A stretch of DNA of 64,000 bases from Bacteroidia bacterium. Its GTDB lineage: Bacteria; Bacteroidota; Bacteroidia; J057. Below are positions 63,646 through 64,000 of the stretch, in pieces. The notes beneath the pieces are model-generated. The model was not told the origin of the DNA and searched no databases. It saw nothing but the letters and a program-made list of their open reading frames with translations. The DNA lies in contig JBGSKC010000032.1 in assembly GCA_041741415.1 (NCBI GenBank), positions 20,446 through 84,445 on the forward strand, given 5' to 3'. The stretch's first letter is position 1. Each line of letters begins with the position of its first letter. The position numbers were made by a program, and so were the translations under genes.

Positions 63646-64000
63646 TCACTGCTGGATCAGCAGCGATTTTCTCAGCATTTCGCCCGGCGTGGCGCATTCC
63701 ACCACATAGTAGCCGGAGGGCAGCCGGGAGATGTCCAGCTTAAACACATGCTCGCCTGCCTCCACTGCCACCGGGGCCAGTGCCTGCATGGTCTGGCCGG
63801 TGAGGCTGAAAAGCCGGATGGCGACCGTGGCAGATGTCTGGCTGCTGAAAACGACCTGCACGCGGCCCTGTGCCGGGTTGGGCATCAGGTCGAGGGTGAA
63901 CACAGGCGCTGCCGTTGCTTGAAGGCGTGCCGGGGCCTGTGCCTCTCCGGTGTAGGTATCCAGAACAGGGCACAGCTCCAGCAGGCTGTCGGCTTCTTCT
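63646..64000 (-). CDS. C-terminal end of a T9SS-sorted protein (gene continues beyond the right edge)
   Basis: LMPNPAQGRVQVVFS...IRLFSLTGQTM...LPSGYYVVEC...LLIQQ is a T9SS CTD. I checked the in-frame triplets from 63904 to 64000 and found no stop, so the M at 63903 (a GTG codon) is internal. Confidence 0.8.
   Translation of the reverse strand, partial: EEADSLLELCPVLDTYTGEAQAPARLQATAAPVFTLDLMPNPAQGRVQVVFSSQTSATVAIRLFSLTGQTMQALAPVAVEAGEHVFKLDISRLPSGYYVVECATPGEMLRKSLLIQQ

Overview
This 64-kb chromosomal window most likely comes from a high-GC Bacteroidota genome, possibly Saprospiraceae- or Cytophagia-like. The evidence is a SusC/SusD pair, a PorQ-like gene, four proteins ending in T9SS C-terminal sorting domains, lipoprotein signals and several TAnnTTTG-type -7 boxes. 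I call about 50 protein-coding genes, and coding density is high. By eye I found no rRNA, tRNA, CRISPR array, transposase, integrase or reverse transcriptase. Recognisable housekeeping genes are uvrA, recQ, a second RecQ-family helicase, an Lhr-type DEXH helicase, dxr, aspartate kinase, pepT, a 2-oxoacid dehydrogenase E2, a CCA-adding enzyme, a LOG-family protein and an MltD-like transglycosylase. Regulatory genes are an ECF sigma with a putative anti-sigma, an OmpR-type two-component pair, two further histidine kinases, a membrane sensor fused to a receiver domain, an Rrf2 regulator and an HTH protein. Transport genes are SusC/SusD, a TonB-dependent receptor, a DASS symporter and an MFS transporter. 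I cannot show that the window holds one clear multi-gene novel system. The best leads are: (1) a PIN toxin-antitoxin cassette bracketed by the same inverted 9-mers that elsewhere bound an 85-bp cargo-less unit and form a 16-nt palindrome, which suggests a REPIN-like family; (2) an AT-rich island at about 12.6-14.2 kb encoding one secreted beta-propeller-like ORF with an 11-nt poly-C tract near its 5' end, a phase-variation candidate; (3) an exported ADP-ribosylglycohydrolase-family lipoprotein and a pRiA4b-ORF3-like protein directly upstream of a CAZyme-less SusC/SusD pair; (4) a 1.1-kb stretch with no convincing gene; (5) periodic GTAGGA boxes and inverted repeats between the Rrf2 regulator and a TonB-dependent receptor. 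All family assignments come from motif recognition in the supplied translations, not from database searches. Start codons were adjusted by hand where the ORF track begins at an upstream alternative codon.
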